DNA of 55,643 nt, counting the filler, from Jimgerdemannia flammicorona (Eukaryota), in the NCBI GenBank assembly GCA_003990765.1. It is 3 parts of 3 records of this genome, joined end to end, with 100 filler letters (N's around TTAATTAATTAA, not from the genome) between each part and the next. Parts side by side here need not be neighbours in the genome. Positions count along the whole stretch, not along the records: positions 18,584 to 37,064 come from RBNJ01002204.1; positions 37,165 to 55,643 come from RBNJ01002205.1; 1 more part is not named here. One strand, written 5' to 3'. Below are positions 24,866 to 37,180 of the stretch, piece by piece. The position numbers were made by a program, and so were the translations under genes. The notes under the pieces were generated by a model. That model searched no databases and was not told the origin of the DNA. It saw nothing but the letters and a program-made list of their open reading frames with translations. Each line of letters begins with the position of its first letter. The first letter of the stretch is position 1.

Positions 24866-26622
24866 AACAACAATTCCGCCACGAATTCAATATCTTGGGC
24901 CTAATACCGCAGGAGGGCCTGAGATGCAGATTGGTGAAGATGGAATGTTGCGTCATGATATGAGGGTTATTATTTGTCTTGGTAAGATCGACGGTGTTGG
25001 ATTAATGGGTCAAAAGGAAATAAGCAATATGCTTGATCAAGCTCTCCTGCAGCCGAATGCAGATATAATAAGAGAGCTCTTCGACTTGCGTCTAGGAGGC
25101 CTGGTCGTGCGTAATTCTATGTTGAGGAAGTACGTTCTGGTTTTCTATGCGATACGGTGCTGGTCCGTGTGTTCTTCTCCATACCGGTTTGTCGCGGCTT
25201 CTCGTAATAGCCTGGATTATGGATCTTGAGTCTCGAACCCAACCTTTTTACGTGTCCTTGAGCATGAAGCAACTCTAGTTTTTCTACTAAGAAATTGACG
25301 GACTTTATTTGCTAAATGTAATGGATATTTATATAAACAAAAGAATACTGCGCGCTGACTGCGGATCATATGCTGCGGTCTGCTGACATAACTTTGTGTT
25401 TGTGCTTCCGGCGGTCAAGGGGCCAACTACGGGTCGCCCGTATTTATGCTACGTTTCCAGACTTTCGTAGGTAAAATCTTCTTGGTGGTTGTATAGTGCG
25501 TATGTGTCACGTGATCGGGTACATTTCGGAGATCGTATTGTTACGTAGAGAACGACGAGTAATTTAACCTATCCTTTCGATCCTGTATTTCGCCAACACT
25601 CTAGCTCATATTAATAATGTAAAATTATTCGAGTTTACTGTCTATGTTTTATTTGGTTTACGAGTGACGTGTAGAAAAAAAAAAAAAAAAAAAAAAACCC
25701 CCATACTAATACCATTGGGATCGACGGCCCTTCAGAGCATATCATCAATGGATCAAATCATGTAAGAGCGTCTTGGCAAGTACTGTGCCAGAAACAAATG
25801 ATCGCATATCTCACGTGGACCTCCAAGACCTTTTCCCCGCAGTTGTTCGCGACACCCATTAAGAAACTGCTTTGAATAACATACATTCCCCATTGTGCGC
25901 GACAACTCGCTCTCGTAAAGACAGGTACGGCACACATCGACCAATAAACGTTTTGAAGATTGAAAGTTTGGTACCTTTTTTTTTTCGTAACTGTATCCGG
26001 ATTAGCATATCCGGGGTAATTTTTGGTAGTATCATCAAAGATCCCCCTTCGACTTGGTGGGCGACTTAGGCGACACCACGCTTGCCTGGGTCTCCGCCAA
26101 TTAAGTACTCGTACCACGGTCTGCCCGGAACCATACTCGGCCGAATCAAGTATATACTTGTACTGCGGTCTTCCCGGCCTCACCCACCACCTCACCCATA
26201 GCTCAACACGGATTGGTGTTCTAAATAATAACCGTGGGAAACCGCGATGGGATCCAGATAGCCAGATCATGGGAAAGGAGCCAGTCTGTCGCCGCTCAGT
26301 CTGGCTGGTAGCTGCCCACTTAATTCAACAAACTCTGGCGAACGTCCCCGCTCAGTTTGCTTGTCGTCGTGGATGTCGTTCTGCATAAGTTCGGGTGGTG
26401 GGGCGCGGGTGTCTTGATGACCGAGATGGAGGCTGGGCGAGATCTACTGCGCCTTGTGAATGGGTGGTTGGCCAAAATCCAGGAATGAGATTGCCCGATG
26501 GGCCCCGATAACAGTATTGGTGCTAGGAAGCACAGGTTTATCTTGTCGCAAGACTTGCGTCCTGAAAATTCTATAAAATGGCAAAAGCCTGTCAACAATC
26601 GACCTTGATTAGATGCAAATCG

Positions 26623-26922
26623 ACGGACTGAACCTATGGGATCTGATCGATACTCTCAGCACATGAGATTGATCAGATCCCATAGGTCCAGTCCGTTTCA
26701 CATACTTCTCGCATACATAAGTGTTTATTTAAACGTCCTTGAAACTTGGAAAGCCATGTGCTGAGAGTGCTGTCTTGCGTCTATTAGTTCCCATGGGTTC
26801 AGTCCGTTGCACATACTTCTCGCTATTGATTTGTATCCACAAGTTTTATGTAAGACGCAGCATCGATCGACAGCACTCTCATCAAACACCATCCGATAGT
26901 TGAGCAAGTTTCAAGGATGTCT
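26623..26922. repeat. Cluster of interlocking inverted repeats
   Basis: 26-bp stem 26623-26648/26671-26696 with one mismatch; further inverted matches at 26756-26807 and 26852-26922. Confidence 0.85.
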
Positions 26923-27320
26923 TCTATAAACATTTGAGCCTCTTCGGTAAAGAAATTATCGCGAGTAGAAGAGTGGGAACCGATCCAGGGTCGACTGATT
27001 GGAACTTTGCTTCAATTCGCCGTGTGTCGAGTTCAAAGGCCGATTTCGGGAACAAAGATCCTCATGGCGAAACATGGTACGAGCGGAGTTAATCACATGA
27101 TATTGAATATAATCATCGCCTGTATCCTGATTACGGCAAGGTTCTAACACGAGGATACACGTGCGCAACAAACACTCAGTTCATTGCAATGTTTCATGTC
27201 CTGTTACATACACTGCAAAATACCTCCGATGGTTAGGTAATACTCATTAGGGCCTCTCTGTCTAGAAGCCATTTTTTTTTATTTTAAAGGCCATATAGGC
27301 ATAACATATCCACCGCTAAA

Positions 27321-27328
27321 TATAAATA
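27321..27328 (+). promoter_or_regulatory. Putative TATA box
   Basis: TATAAATA ~45 nt upstream of the ATG at 27372. Confidence 0.45.
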
Positions 27329-27371
27329 TGCCTTTCGCCCTGTAAAATTCTCATACAGTGGAACATGGAAC

Positions 27372-27881
27372 ATGGACAAGGCTTCGCAAACCACAAATTT
27401 CCGACCGATTCCCTCGAGGCCTCAAGAGCAGTTGCTATCCTCAACGCCCCCTCATTTTCAACCCTCGTGGCTCTTCTGCCCCTACCCGATGTGCCCAGAA
27501 ATTTTTCGTCACATGGACGCCCTTCAAGACCACCTCAAGTCGGAGCTCTACGCCCCAAATGGTGATTCAATGAATCAAGCAACGCCAAAGCCAGGGCCAC
27601 GTCTCCCTGCTAATTCGCCGTCTTCAGCGTCTCTTTCTCCCGCGAATGTCACTCTACAAACGTCCACCGCAACCACTCACATGCCCAGGCCTATTCCGTA
27701 TAAGAAATGTCCAGACTGCTTGAGGAGGAAGAAGCGATGTCACCTTCACTCTATCAGCACCATAAAAAGAAACTCTCCGGGAAAGACATGCGCTGAATGC
27801 AAATTGGTTAAGAAGGGCTGTCGAGGAGCACCCTGCACTCGTTGTACCCACCTCGGCAGGCTTTGCTGGGTCGACAGATAA
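27372..27881 (+). CDS. Small zinc-binding protein, 169 aa: C2H2-like finger, half Zn-cluster and C-terminal Zn(II)2Cys6-like cluster
   Basis: CPYPMC..F....LQDHL; CPDCLRRKKRCHLH; CAECKLVKKGCRGAPCTRCTHLGRLC. Confidence 0.7.
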   Translation: MDKASQTTNFRPIPSRPQEQLLSSTPPHFQPSWLFCPYPMCPEIFRHMDALQDHLKSELYAPNGDSMNQATPKPGPRLPANSPSSASLSPANVTLQTSTATTHMPRPIPYKKCPDCLRRKKRCHLHSISTIKRNSPGKTCAECKLVKKGCRGAPCTRCTHLGRLCWVDR

Positions 27882-29700
27882 AGAAAGGTGATCCTCGATC
27901 TCAAACATATTGACCTCCTACGGATTATCTTGTTCGCGTTTTAAGAGAAACCCCGTGATCTCGAATTCGCTTCGGATATTATTTATTGCATTTACTTGAT
28001 AAGGGATAAATTCTTCAATCTTATGCATAAGAAATATGTATATATATATATATGTGTAAAACCAGATGGATTGTATGCGTTATGAGCTCACATGTATTTA
28101 AAGTCAGAATTAAGAATTTTATATGCGTAAGGTTTATGCATATCCTTCTTCGGCCTGAGTTCGTGTGACACTGGGCATGGTTTACAAAAGTTAATTGGCC
28201 GCTGTCCCGTTTCATCGACTAAAATGTGCAAATTTGAACAGAGACTTCTAAAAAAAAAGGCTGACGTTTAGGTGGAAATGTGCACAGGCCATTACCGAGT
28301 ACACGGGTTCTCGGGCTCCGTACCCATTGGGTCGCTTTACGCCTTTAACAATCGGTCCGAACTTGTAAACCCACCAATCGTAACCTCAAGCCTCCCCACA
28401 GACGCTACATCCCAAACCCACATCACATACATGGCATACTTGGTATATGTACTGAAATGTATGGCGCAGGTACTTGATGGTACTCAATGTACAGTACAGG
28501 ATTTTATGATGTATATACTACCTGTGTAAGCCATGGTTCTAGTCCGGAAATGATTGTGTGAATAATATCACATCACATATATACATATATGAATCGGTCA
28601 ACTTAACACGAACGGATAGAAAATAATATCTCGCAATGTGCAGAACTCGGCAATGGCAACACAGTGTACAGTCACAACCTCACCACCGCCGCTTCTCTAA
28701 AGCCCGCCTCGTCCCCGTCAGCACCCAAAAGGTATATACCCATAGCAAGAGTTAAGGTGCTACCTATCCAACCACATGGCGAAATAATAAGAAAAGAAAA
28801 TAATGATAATAATAATGACGTATTTTGATAATATCAACATAATCAACTTAAGATTCCCTTCCCCCTATCATTAACAATATTAGAAATACATTCTGTTATG
28901 AATGTGGTTGTCTCCTATTTCTTCTCAAATTATCTACAGGCGTCTTAATTTTTGCTATTGGAGAGGTGCCGCTGTGTGAAAGGAAGAAAAAAAATCGTGT
29001 ATATAAATTCTTGGCTTCTTCGCCTTCGAAACACGGCGCGTCGTCGCCTTCGCAGCTGTCGTCGTCTTGATGATTATGCAGTACACGGGTACACGGGTCT
29101 GGAGATGGTTGCGCGGGCGTCACTTGGTTCGCCAGGATTATCGCTTTCGTCGAGCGCTGCCCCTCGTTTTCGCGTTCGGCGACCTCGCCCGGAACCTGGG
29201 CTTTCCAGGGCCGCGTATCCGGCGGTCCTTTGGTCTTTCTTAGTTTACTGAGCGACGGTTGGTGAGATGTAGAGGCGCGGCGGCGGCGGCGGCGGATTTG
29301 TCGACGTCGATAATTTGGGTTGGGGTGCTGAGAGCGCAGATAGAAAAGAACGCGAGCTGATGATGTCCCTGCTCCATGTAACTGTATATGTTGAGTTGAA
29401 AAGAGAAAAAGCAAGAACTTGGAGGTTCTTAATCAAAGTTGCTTAGATGAACATGGGACCGCGCATGTGCACTATCCAACCGAATTTTAAATATCCATTT
29501 GGCAATGTTCGTTTTCAACCGGCGTTATATATACACATTTACGCTAAGACGTTTGCGAGGTCAACGTATTTCATATTTTATTATTTTACATATTTTATAT
29601 ATTTTACATATTTTTCATATTTCCAAACTTCTGCATATGCCATTAAATTTCTTCCTCCTTCAGTATGCCGCATATATTTGACAATATCTCGGTTTGAAAT

Positions 29701-32361
29701 TCATAACCACATAATCGACTTTACTTCCCCCTCCTGCCATCCGAGATTTTCACCTGTCCATTCCAGAGTTCTTGACTGGCGCAAAAAATTCTCTGTACCC
29801 AACACCGCATCGGAATCGTCGTTGATCCCCTCCTGCTCCATAAATTTTTCCATCAAATATACATAGTTCAACCAGAAGGGAATCTGCGCTACAAATTCAT
29901 TCGTTCCTCGGATGAGCTTCGACTCCCTCGCCACGTACGCGCGGTTGATCTCGGCAATTCCCTGATCCTCGGATAGTGCCAATTGCATGTGTGCTTTGGC
30001 AGCACGCTGGTAGTTATCCAGGGGAAACGTGCATCCGCCGGCGTGCACAAAAGAGAAGATGAGTCGTGTCGTCATGATGGCGGCGTTGGAATAAGCTTGT
30101 TGAAATTGCCGCAGGACGTTGAGCGGAATGGAGGATGGATTCGGGTGGATGGGGGGGAGGAACGGGAGATATACGTTGAGGAGCGTTATGTGGTGCTGCA
30201 CCTGAAGGTTGATTGCGGTAATGAACGATTTGTGGGATGCAAATGGGGTGCCGGTGGAGGGAATCCGGAGGTCAGACGGGAGTTCATCTTCCCGACGCGA
30301 AATGGCCGTAACGAACCGTTGCGGATCCTCTTTTGTCGGGCCGGGTGAATTGTCGCCGCACCAGAAGTCAAAATAATTGCGGGAGATGGCAGAGAGTTTG
30401 GCCATAGAGAGTGCTTCGTGGAGGTGCTGTAACTCGTCCTCCGGCATGTCGGCTGGTACGCGAACGGTTAGGTTGCTTACGCCAAGGAGTGTATCTTCGA
30501 TTGTGGTGTGAGCTGGTAGTTTGGAAGCAGCAGCAATGATTTGATCCAGACAGGCGAGGACGTTCCATGAAAGGGCATCCTCGAGCTCTACGACTTCGAC
30601 AGTGGTCCGGTCAAAATTTCGTAGAGCTGTGTGGTAATTTAGTTGGGTCGTGACTCGGATGGCCATGCAGATGTAGTGTGAGGCAAGATCAAGATGGCCA
30701 TCATTGAGTAACTGGAACCTGGCCATGGCGTGAAGGGCATGAACCATGTCTGCGGATACATTGTTCGGTTCAGTCTCGAGAGCCGGTCGATCAGATTTCG
30801 TGCCCTCATGAAATATCTTGTGGCCAATTGGCAAGCGAACTCGCTTGTATTGAAATCAGTAGGCAAGTCTAGTTGGGTGGTATCAATGTGACATACAAGG
30901 ATGTGGTAAGCGTTTAATGCGCCAAGGGCATAGCCCAAGGCCATATAGTGAGAATAATGCGGTTCGTGAGTATAATCATGCTTGAAGAATAGTTTGCTGA
31001 TGGTCTTTCGAGGCAGGGATGGCGTGCACTCGACGCTTTGCAAGAAGATAAATTGCAACAATATTTCTTCCATCTCCGTGGTGATAACCATTATTGAGTC
31101 TGAGCGTGGATCTTGCAATTGAAAATTTGGCCCGCTATCCTGTTGCATTGTCACTGGTACCGATTGAACACCAGAAGGCCCTACAAGGTGAGTTAGAAGT
31201 TTGTAAACTGGCTCATGTTTGTGATTAACGCGCGAGTACTATTTTAGATCAATTTGATTGTTGGGTTCCCAGGAAGGGGCGTCGGATAGCCCTCCGGAGA
31301 ATCCAGTGGCACAAGCTCAAATATCAGTTTGTTCAGTGTTGGTACGAACCGCAACACCTCTCGTTTCTTTAGTGCGATACCCGGCCCTTGCATCTCGCTC
31401 ATTAGGCGCCCGACAGTATCATCCGCCGCGCGAATTATTTCGTCGCGTTTCCGCTTTGCGAGCCTTGATGACAGTTGGAATTCCGATCACAACGAACGAG
31501 AATACCATTTTATCAGATATAGAATTCCTATTACAAAACAATATGAGATATCGCGAATCCAGTGGGTAATTGATTTTTACCTGAAACCATCGTTCTCGTT
31601 CCCACCGCCGTCGTCTTCAACTGCGATCACGTTGTTAGTCGTTGTGACCAGACCGACCCCCTTACCTTCAGCTTGTCGATAGATGCACTTGGTATGAACT
31701 CGTCGACATCGGCAACATGGTCGTTGGCCATCGCATTTTGCTCGCTTGTGATGGCACCGTTTGCAAGCTTCGCGAGTTCGCATCTTTGTAGGATCCCAGA
31801 CACTTTGAAACCCCTCTCGTTCCTTCAGCGCGGCACCCGGCCCTTGCATCTCGCTCATTAGGCGCCCGACCGTATCACGGTACCCCTCCTCCGCCGCGCG
31901 AATTGTTTTGTCACGTCTCAAGCGAGCAAAATGCGATGGTCAGCAACCATGTTGCCGGTGTCAAAAAGTTCATGCCGCGTGCATCTATCGACAAACCGGG
32001 GGTAAGGGTGCCGGTCTGGCGGTTGTAAAGGTCGCAACGACGAACAACGTTATCGCGGTTGAGGCTGATGCGGCGCCAAGTTCTGATGTGGAAACGACGA
32101 CGGTGGGAACGAGGACGATGGTTTCAAGTAAGAATGAATCGCCCACTGGCTTAGCAATATTTCGTATTGTTTTGCAATAGGAATCCCACATCTAATAAAA
32201 TGGCACATTTTCATTCGTTGTTATGTGGATTCCTACCCTACACCAATTGTCATCAAGGCTCGTACTGTCTGAGACGAAGCGGAAACGGCACCGCGCGCAA
32301 GCCTCGCGAATTCGCGTCTTCGTAGGATCCCAGTTTGAAAACGCTTGTAGTTGTCTGACAT
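29701..32361 (-). pseudogene. Zn2Cys6 fungal transcription factor locus with duplicated zinc-cluster modules and a fungal TF middle-homology region; disrupted
   Basis: Intact ACKRCHHKRAKCDGQRPCCRCRRVHTKC (in 31577-31921); second cluster split by an inversion; YFMRARNLI|...MVHALHAMA...ICMAIRVTTQLNYH...SWNVLACLDQ with a frameshift near 30780. Confidence 0.75.
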
Positions 32362-33198
32362 GACCAAAGGCGAAGCTCAAACAATAAGGGCTAGAGATAT
32401 AATGTAAATTTTCCGATAGGCCAATCAGAAGGTAGGAAGCACAGCAACGCTATCAGTTTCAAAAAGAAGATCATACGAATGCGTTCAATCAAAATAACCT
32501 TATTCGTATTATATGTTATATGAACAAAAGAACATACCAATTCAGGATAATGATTTCCTCCGTACATTAATCAATTCAGGATAACATTAACCAATTCAGG
32601 ATATCGATTCCTCAATCTAGCTGTAAGTCATACTCGGAGTGCTACACGTTGATCCAAACAATTGTCCATATCAAGCCTTTTAGGAGACTCTGGCCCACAC
32701 ATATGCCACTCGCCAGACTCATCACTAAAGTAATTGATTGAAATTTAACTGCGGAATGCGGAACGATGATGTATGATGCATCGTTTATTTTTATAATAAA
32801 AAAACTTTTGAACATTGGAAATGGCAATGTGGGCTGAGAGTGGAATGGAATTTACAAATGTTGGTCCAATATTCCCTTCAAACATGAGAAAAAATGAGAA
32901 TGGATAAAAACATCGATATCTCATTCATAATTTTCACGCTGAGGAATTTTGCGGTCTATCATCTCATATCTACAATTTAAAGTAATTAATATATAAAATA
33001 TAAAATATAAGCTGCATTAGCAGCGTAATCTGAAAAATGGAAGACAATAATATGCAGAACGCAGGACGACAATTATCCATGATTATCCGCGGGGTGATCA
33101 TTATCCATGGTTATCTGCAGAATAACGATAGCCAGCAGAATTCCTATTACCCACAATCATCCGCAGAAGGATAACCATCCACAGGACGAACAGTAGCC

Positions 33199-33960
33199 AT
33201 GACTATCTACAGAACGACAATTGTCCATCACTACATTCCGCATTTCACCGACTGGCGGTGGTTCGCAGCACACTTCTCAGACCCCGAAGACCACGCTGCG
33301 CTCTTCGCGCTCTTCGAACTCACCAACCTTAAAGAACTTCAAAGGCGCCCAACGGCCTCCTTTTCTGCTCGCGCTTCTTTCAGTCCTGCGTCGGCATCCC
33401 CTACTTATATATTATCTGGGCCCCCACCTCCCCTCCTTGATCCACACCATGCGCCCCTCACTCACCTCCCTCGGCATCCGTGGAAACACCCCCGTGCTCT
33501 CAACCCTAACCCTGAACGCCGACACTAGTCTTCCACCACGCCCACCAACATACGTAGCCTCGATAAAGCAGCCTGGGCACCCCCATACTGGCGGCTCCCG
33601 GCAACAACCCAGGATATATCGATACTGGGCTCTCGGGAAACTGCCGAGTGCTGCACCCGGGCACTCCTCTTGCGAAGTCACCATCTGAGGAGCCTAAAAA
33701 TCGAGATGTGCGGCAGATGAACGACGACGTGCTCCGTGCCGTGTCGAGGCTATGTCGTGAGATCGAGGAGATACGCTTGGAGGATTACACGTCGGTCACA
33801 GGCCGGGCGGCCTGGGAGGACGGGACGCCCGCGGTTTGCGCGCGGCGGTGCTAAAGTGCGGGAAGCTGGTGAATGGATTCGTGGAGCGGATGGTAGAGGA
33901 GTGCGAGGCGATTGAGGAGGTGCGTATGTCCCATAGAAGCATCCAAGTCTTGGAGAACTT
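33199..33960 (+). pseudogene. Fragmented LRR (F-box/RNI-like family) gene
   Basis: LRR-like pieces in shifting frames: LFELTNLKELQ, PSLTSLGI, MNDDVLRAVSRLCREIEEIRLEDYTSVTG. Confidence 0.5.
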
Positions 33961-35651
33961 TTAAGCGGTATGTGTTTAAGAGAAATTACGCTTTGGGTGT
34001 TTGGGTGTGGGTTAGGCAGGAGGAAGTGTCTGAAAGTCAATATTTTAGAATACGATGTCCATGCACGCTTTTAGCAAGTTTGCAAAATGTAGGCCTTTCT
34101 TATGTTCGGTCTTCTTACTTTGGAATTTGTTGATATATCTATGAGCCCATGACAACAACGGATATGCGGAGGTTATACTTGGTATATTTCCACGCCCTGC
34201 TCATTAAAAAAAATAAAATAAAATAAAATAAAAAAAGTTACTCTCGTCCACGACTTGAATACGGGATACATGAACATCGCTCATGCCGCACATTATCTGA
34301 ACAGCTGCACAATCCTCTTTTAATTGTTCACTTTTGCGCGGAACTCGGTGGTGTGAGATTATAGTGACAAGCCCAAACATCATCACATGTTTTATGAGTC
34401 CAAGATACTCGGGCAACGTCACTCTTTCCAAGCTGGGGCCGACACACGGATTTTATCAAGCTGACGACTTCAAACGGATGGCAGGTGGAGCGGCTTGGTC
34501 GCAGGCAAATGAAAAGAATCCGTTGCCACGAACAAGGAAAGCGTGCAAAGATTTAAAATCGGTCGCCGTCCCGACAATTTACAACCTCGGTTCGGAGTCA
34601 TCTGTACAAATAATGGCGAATGTCTGTCTGATCTGGCCGATGACCTGTTGAAACTGCTGTAATGCGTCGGCTAGGTTGTGGAATTGAACACCACCAATTG
34701 TGGCGCCGTTCGAGAGACGAGACGACACGAGCAAACAAACTCGGTCAGAGGATTAAATCCAAACCCTCTATGTTGTTCCATATGGAATAGTCTCTCTTCG
34801 AAAAAGCGTCCTAACAACACTAGGAATTAAACGCAAAGAATCTCCAAATTGGAGGCACCTCCTTGTGCCTGCGAACCTCCTTATACCACTTCACTATAAA
34901 ATATTCTGGCCATTTCCTGTCTCGTTTCAAACGGATCATGCATGCATGCATTTTTGACATCCGCTGGAATATTATACCCTCGGATACCGGTGCTTATGCC
35001 TACCCAACGAGCTGTCTCAGACACCATTGTGCTTAGCTTACTGAAGGCCACCGAAATTATAATATGGTTTCTTTTGTTATCGTGTGTATCATCCTCATAA
35101 GAGCAGGAATTGTAAATTTACTCATCATTAATAATTCAAGCCTCTGAAGCGGGAGCGCCTGTTGGCTTTTCCGTTCTAGATATCACTCAACATCGCACCT
35201 CGTGATTGATGGACTTTTCGGCAAATTACATGAAGCCGACGCGTGTAATGCTTGTTAGGGAGGTCTGATATTCTTGGAATCTGAATAATTGGTAAGATGA
35301 TGGATATTGAGGCTGAGATATCGAAAAGCCGAAAAAGCTGTGAAAGACTCTGCGTTATTCGGTTCGGAGGGTTTAATTTATTGCATTCGGGATTTTGGTT
35401 TTGCGAGTAATGGGAAGTCAATAGGTGGGATCGATAGTGGATATTATCAAGCTAGCTACGACAGCCCTCAGCGCTGCCTTGCTAGTTATATGTGGGTTGG
35501 CTGCGGTCACAACGTAATTATGCAAGTCGACAAGATTCGCCTGTGAAGAGCTTTTTCGCGTTTTATCTGTTGTCTTTGCTCTGCTGACAATAAAAATGAC
35601 CAGAAAAAAAAAAAAAAAAAATCGTATGCAAGTAATCCGCATTATAACGCT

Positions 35652-36227
35652 TCATACAAATTGTATAATCTCCAAGTCTCCTGTTGCGCTATAAACTCTT
35701 TCACCGCCATCACAGACGATCCGCCTACTGAACCAACCCACCAACCACTCTTTTCCCGAGAAAAACGGCCCTCCATCCTTCTGCCACTCAAACCCCGCCT
35801 CCAGCAACACATCTGCTGATTCCCGTTCTATCGTCCCCAACGACACGGTCTCCAATCTTGGACATCCCCTGAGCATATGTCTCAGGAACTCCACCGATGG
35901 AATTGGATCCAGCTCGAACGACCTCAATCGCGGCCACACCGCCCCCCACTTCTCCTCTGTCGGCTCGACAACTGGGAGATCATCAGATTCTCGAGCTTCG
36001 CCGCTGACTCGGCCAGCAGGAAAACACCCTCGTATCGGAGTGCCACTGCCCGAGCCTTGTGAGCCTCGGCGCGGCGATCTTGGAGGAACACAACAAGCGC
36101 ATCTGTATACCTTATACCCACTCCCGCTGGTGAAGGTGAGGTCCCCGAGGAGCGAGCACGACGTCATCAACTCTTCCAGGACGTCGCAGAATCGTGTTCG
36201 AAGATGAGCGAGCGGAGATTGGCCCAT
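35652..36227 (-). pseudogene. C-terminal part of a decayed F-box/LRR paralog
   Basis: WPRLRSFEL...FLRHMLRGCPRLETVSL...LLEAGFEW resembles the C-terminus of 18928-20289 (PELRSLRM...FVTRVVGGCPEMRAL...LWEMGFS); an alternative LRR-like frame 35924-36121 suggests frameshifts. Confidence 0.55.
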
Positions 36228-36796
36228 CCGTGCAGCACGGTTGTGACGGCAACGGTCCTAATACTATTATTAATTTTGGACCGAAAACGTTCAATGACTG
36301 GCCATGACAACATAATCCATCACAATTCATTAACATGGCAGAAATAAGGCAGTTCTAAAAAGACCAGAGCGACTCCGAGGAACGATGGAAACCGTCTAGA
36401 AGGGCGGGCGGGTCGGTTTTGCGGAGCATCACGTATGGCTGTCTCGGGCGTCGGTAGAAACGGCGAGGCCGCGAATTGGTTGCCAAGGGCGGTACGGCGG
36501 TTCCACCGGTGCCCGCGTGTCGTGGGCCACGTTGTAGATAATTAGTTAAGTCGACAACGAAAGCCGAGCGTATGAAGAGCGACCCCACCAACATTCCAAA
36601 CATCTCTTCAAGCAGCTTTTAATCAAGCAAAGCAACATATCTCAAAAATATATTCCGTTCCCGTGTCTCACAAAATAACCTTCCCTATAAGAAATAAAAA
36701 AATTGACAAGTTCCTCCTATCTACCCACGCAGCTGCCGGTACCCGAGTAACACGTACGCTCAACCTTCCTCATTGGCCTTGATTACAGTTCGGAAA

Positions 36797-36983
36797 AGTT
36801 CAGCCCGTCATACCCAGCCTCGAAGTTCAGCCCGTAATACCCGGCCTCGAAGTTCAGCCCGTCATACCCGGCCTCAAAGTTTAGCCCGTCAAACTCGACC
36901 TCAAAGCTCAGCTCGTCATACCCGGCCTCAAAGTTCAGCCCGTCAAACCCGACCTCAAAGTTCAGCCCGCCATACCCGGCCTC
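36797..36983 (+). repeat. 27-bp minisatellite x7
   Basis: AGTTCAGCCCGTCATACCCGGCCTC(G/A)A units directly adjacent, no spacers. Confidence 0.92.
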
Positions 36984-37064
36984 TGGGAGATCCAGGAATT
37001 CGGAGAATTCAGCGAATTCGACGGGGGTGGCGGGAAGGGGGGCAGCGGGAAGGGGGGCGGCGGG

Positions 37065-37164
37065 NNNNNNNNNNNNNNNNNNNNNNNNNNNNNNNNNNNN
37101 NNNNNNNNTTAATTAATTAANNNNNNNNNNNNNNNNNNNNNNNNNNNNNNNNNNNNNNNNNNNN
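37065..37164. other. Assembly gap with TTAATTAATTAA linker
   Basis: Same structure as 18484-18583. Confidence 0.98.
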
Positions 37165-37180
37165 AAAAAAAAAAAAAAAA

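Noticed and set aside
25758..26388. 170-aa and 121-aa overlapping ORFs
   Set aside because: No recognisable motifs or supporting signals
28896..29414. 172-aa Arg-rich ORF
   Set aside because: TTG start, driven by a GCC microsatellite, no domain recognised
31914..32287. Programmed invertible switch (phase variation)
   Set aside because: Only 3-bp microhomology, no recombinase sites, and other lesions in the gene favour a one-off repair event
32537..33230. Short degenerate repeats (CAATTCAGGATA x3; ATTATCCATG-like units)
   Set aside because: Too short and irregular to assign a function
36797..36983. 27-bp repeats as a CRISPR array or repeat protein (SSARHTRPQ)
   Set aside because: No spacers, eukaryotic context; the ORF starts at TTG and runs into a gap
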